From the NCBI RefSeq assembly GCF_006345805.1, contig NC_043023.1:6200001-6264000 (forward strand): 64,000 nucleotides of DNA, read 5' to 3'. How positions within the stretch are numbered: position 1 is the first letter of the stretch; each line of letters opens with the position of its first letter. This DNA is from Octopus sinensis. Its lineage: Eukaryota. A program made the translations under genes and the position numbers. Positions 62,690 to 64,000 of the stretch are shown here, in pieces. A model generated the notes under the pieces. The model saw only the letters and a list, made by a program, of their open reading frames with translations, did not search any database and was not told where the DNA came from.

Positions 62690-62957
62690 GTTGTTTGATG
62701 CTGCTGCTGCTGATGATGATGATAATGATGAGGATGATGACGATGATGATGATGGCGATGATGATGGTGATGTGGATGATGATGGCGATGATGATGGTGA
62801 TGATGATGATGATGATGGCGATGATGACGATGATGGCAATGATGATGATGATGGCGATGATGATGATGATGATGATAATGATGATGATGACGATGATGGT
62901 GGTGGTGGTGGTGGTGGTGGTGATGATGGTGATGGTGGTGGTGGTGGTGGTGATGAC
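62690..62957 (+). repeat. (GAT)n/(GGT)n trinucleotide expansion at an RTE-type tail
   Basis: It follows the family C 3' end directly and produces poly-D, poly-M and poly-H pseudo-ORFs. Confidence 0.9.
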
Positions 62958-63339
62958 TGCTCACCTATTTTATGGAGAGTTTCATGTCATCCAGTGTTGA
63001 AAGTGGGCAGACATGGCAATCCAATGCTTCTGTGTCTTGTGGGTAGGTGCAGCTGTCTTTGATTTCTAATCTGTTATTTGTTTCAGCCACTGGACTGCAG
63101 CCATACCACAACACAGGGGTTTTAGTTAAGAAATCAAACCCAGGACTTATTCTTTGTAAGCTTAGTACTTATTCTATCAGTCCCTTTTGCTGAACCACTA
63201 AGTTACAGGGACAAAAACACACCAATATTGGTTGTCAAGCGATGGTGGGGGGACAAACACATACATACTATAGGCTTCTTTCAGTTTCCATCTACCAAAT
63301 CCACTCGCAAGGCTGAGGCTATAAGTAGAAGACACTTGC

Positions 63340-64000
63340 CCAAGGTGCTATACTACTATCATCTGGAAAAGATTTTCTAACTAGAAAGGGTATGGCCTGG
63401 TCAGCCTGTAATGACATGCATAAGATCTGGTCATCAAATCTAAGTAGAGACTTAAACTTGAATCTTCAAAGCCACAGTCGAACCAATTCTACTATATGGC
63501 TCAGAAACCTGGACGTTATCAAAGAAGCTTGAGAGGCGTTTGGATGGAACTTACACTCGCCTCCTTATGAGAGCTCAAAATCTCTCGAGGAAGTGTCATC
63601 CAACCAAAGTACAAATATATGGGAAACTACCACCTGTGTCATCTCTTGTGAAAGGTAGGAGAGTCCAGTTTGCTGGACATTGTTGCAGAGCTGAAAAAAA
63701 GGTAATTTCTACTTTTCTCCTCTGGAAGCCATCTACTCACAATACCAGAGGGCGCACACTCTCCTACCCTGATGTAATCTCCAGTGATACAGGCATCCAG
63801 CAACAGGACCTCCGTAATGCTATGATGGACTGTGAGGTCTGGCGTAACATAGTAAATTCCATTGTCTTGACCACGGTCGCGATATCAGAGGGCACACACT
63901 CTCCTACCCTGATGTAATCTCCAGGGATACAGGCATCCAGCAACAGGACCTCTGTAATGCTATGATGGACTGTGAGGTCTGGCGTAACATAGTAAATTCC
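63340..64000 (+). mobile_element. RTE-clade LINE 3' fragment with a 140-bp terminal tandem duplication
   Basis: Reads KATVEPILLYGSETWTLSKKLERRLDGTYTRLLMRAQNL...VQFAGHCCRAE. cagagggc(g/a)cacactctcc occurs at 63746 and 63886. Confidence 0.9.

Larger units (their letters stand above)
2283..63350. mobile_element. Dispersed tRNA-headed SINE family A, about 35 full or partial copies on both strands
   Basis: Consensus ggagtggctgtgtggtaagtagcttgcttaccaaccacatggttccgggttcagtcccactgcgtggcaccttgggcaagtg...gaaagaagcccgtcg-(TA/TG)n-...gaaacaagtaaaagag. Examples: 2283-2660+, 2960-3352-, 4790-5170-, 8510-8855+, 21590-21950+, 27245-27690+, 38683-39110+, 42624-43000+, 48632-49027-, 50427-50805+, 52845-53270+, 54198-54570+, 55615-56032-. 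A-box and B-box-like motifs are present in the head. Confidence 0.9.

Noticed and set aside
62605-63062. Poly-Met, poly-His and poly-Asp ORFs
   Set aside because: All three are readings of a (GAT)n/(GGT)n expansion at an RTE-type tail, with no splice or domain support.

Overview
This is an AT-rich, repeat-saturated animal genomic window. The SINE and LINE families look to me like Octopus (coleoid cephalopod) repeats, but that is recognition from memory, not a database result. There is no prokaryotic content, no CRISPR array and no confidently identifiable host gene. Almost all listed ORFs are microsatellite or SINE artefacts. Recognisable content: about 35 copies of one tRNA-headed SINE with an internal microsatellite (family A); a second SINE (family B) that recurs as head-less tandem multimers; many RTE-clade LINE fragments, including a clean BovB-like insertion and an RT carrying a PHD-type finger; a CR1/L2-group LINE piece; a near-complete DD37E (TRT-type) Tc1 fossil with about 150-bp TIRs; a deleted DD34D mariner; hAT and piggyBac-like MITEs; and several minisatellites. 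The most interesting signals are four. (1) At least three unrelated minimal type-I hammerhead ribozyme motifs sit in Penelope-like inverted repeats; one looks intact (29608-29658, minus strand) and its mirror copy was split by an RTE insertion. (2) There are large palindromes at 35914-36519 and 26260-27222. (3) A chain of candidate minus-strand micro-exons with strong splice signals lies at 52.7-60.0 kb. (4) SINE-B multimers share the same junction at independent loci. Coordinates of degenerate repeats are approximate to within tens of bp.
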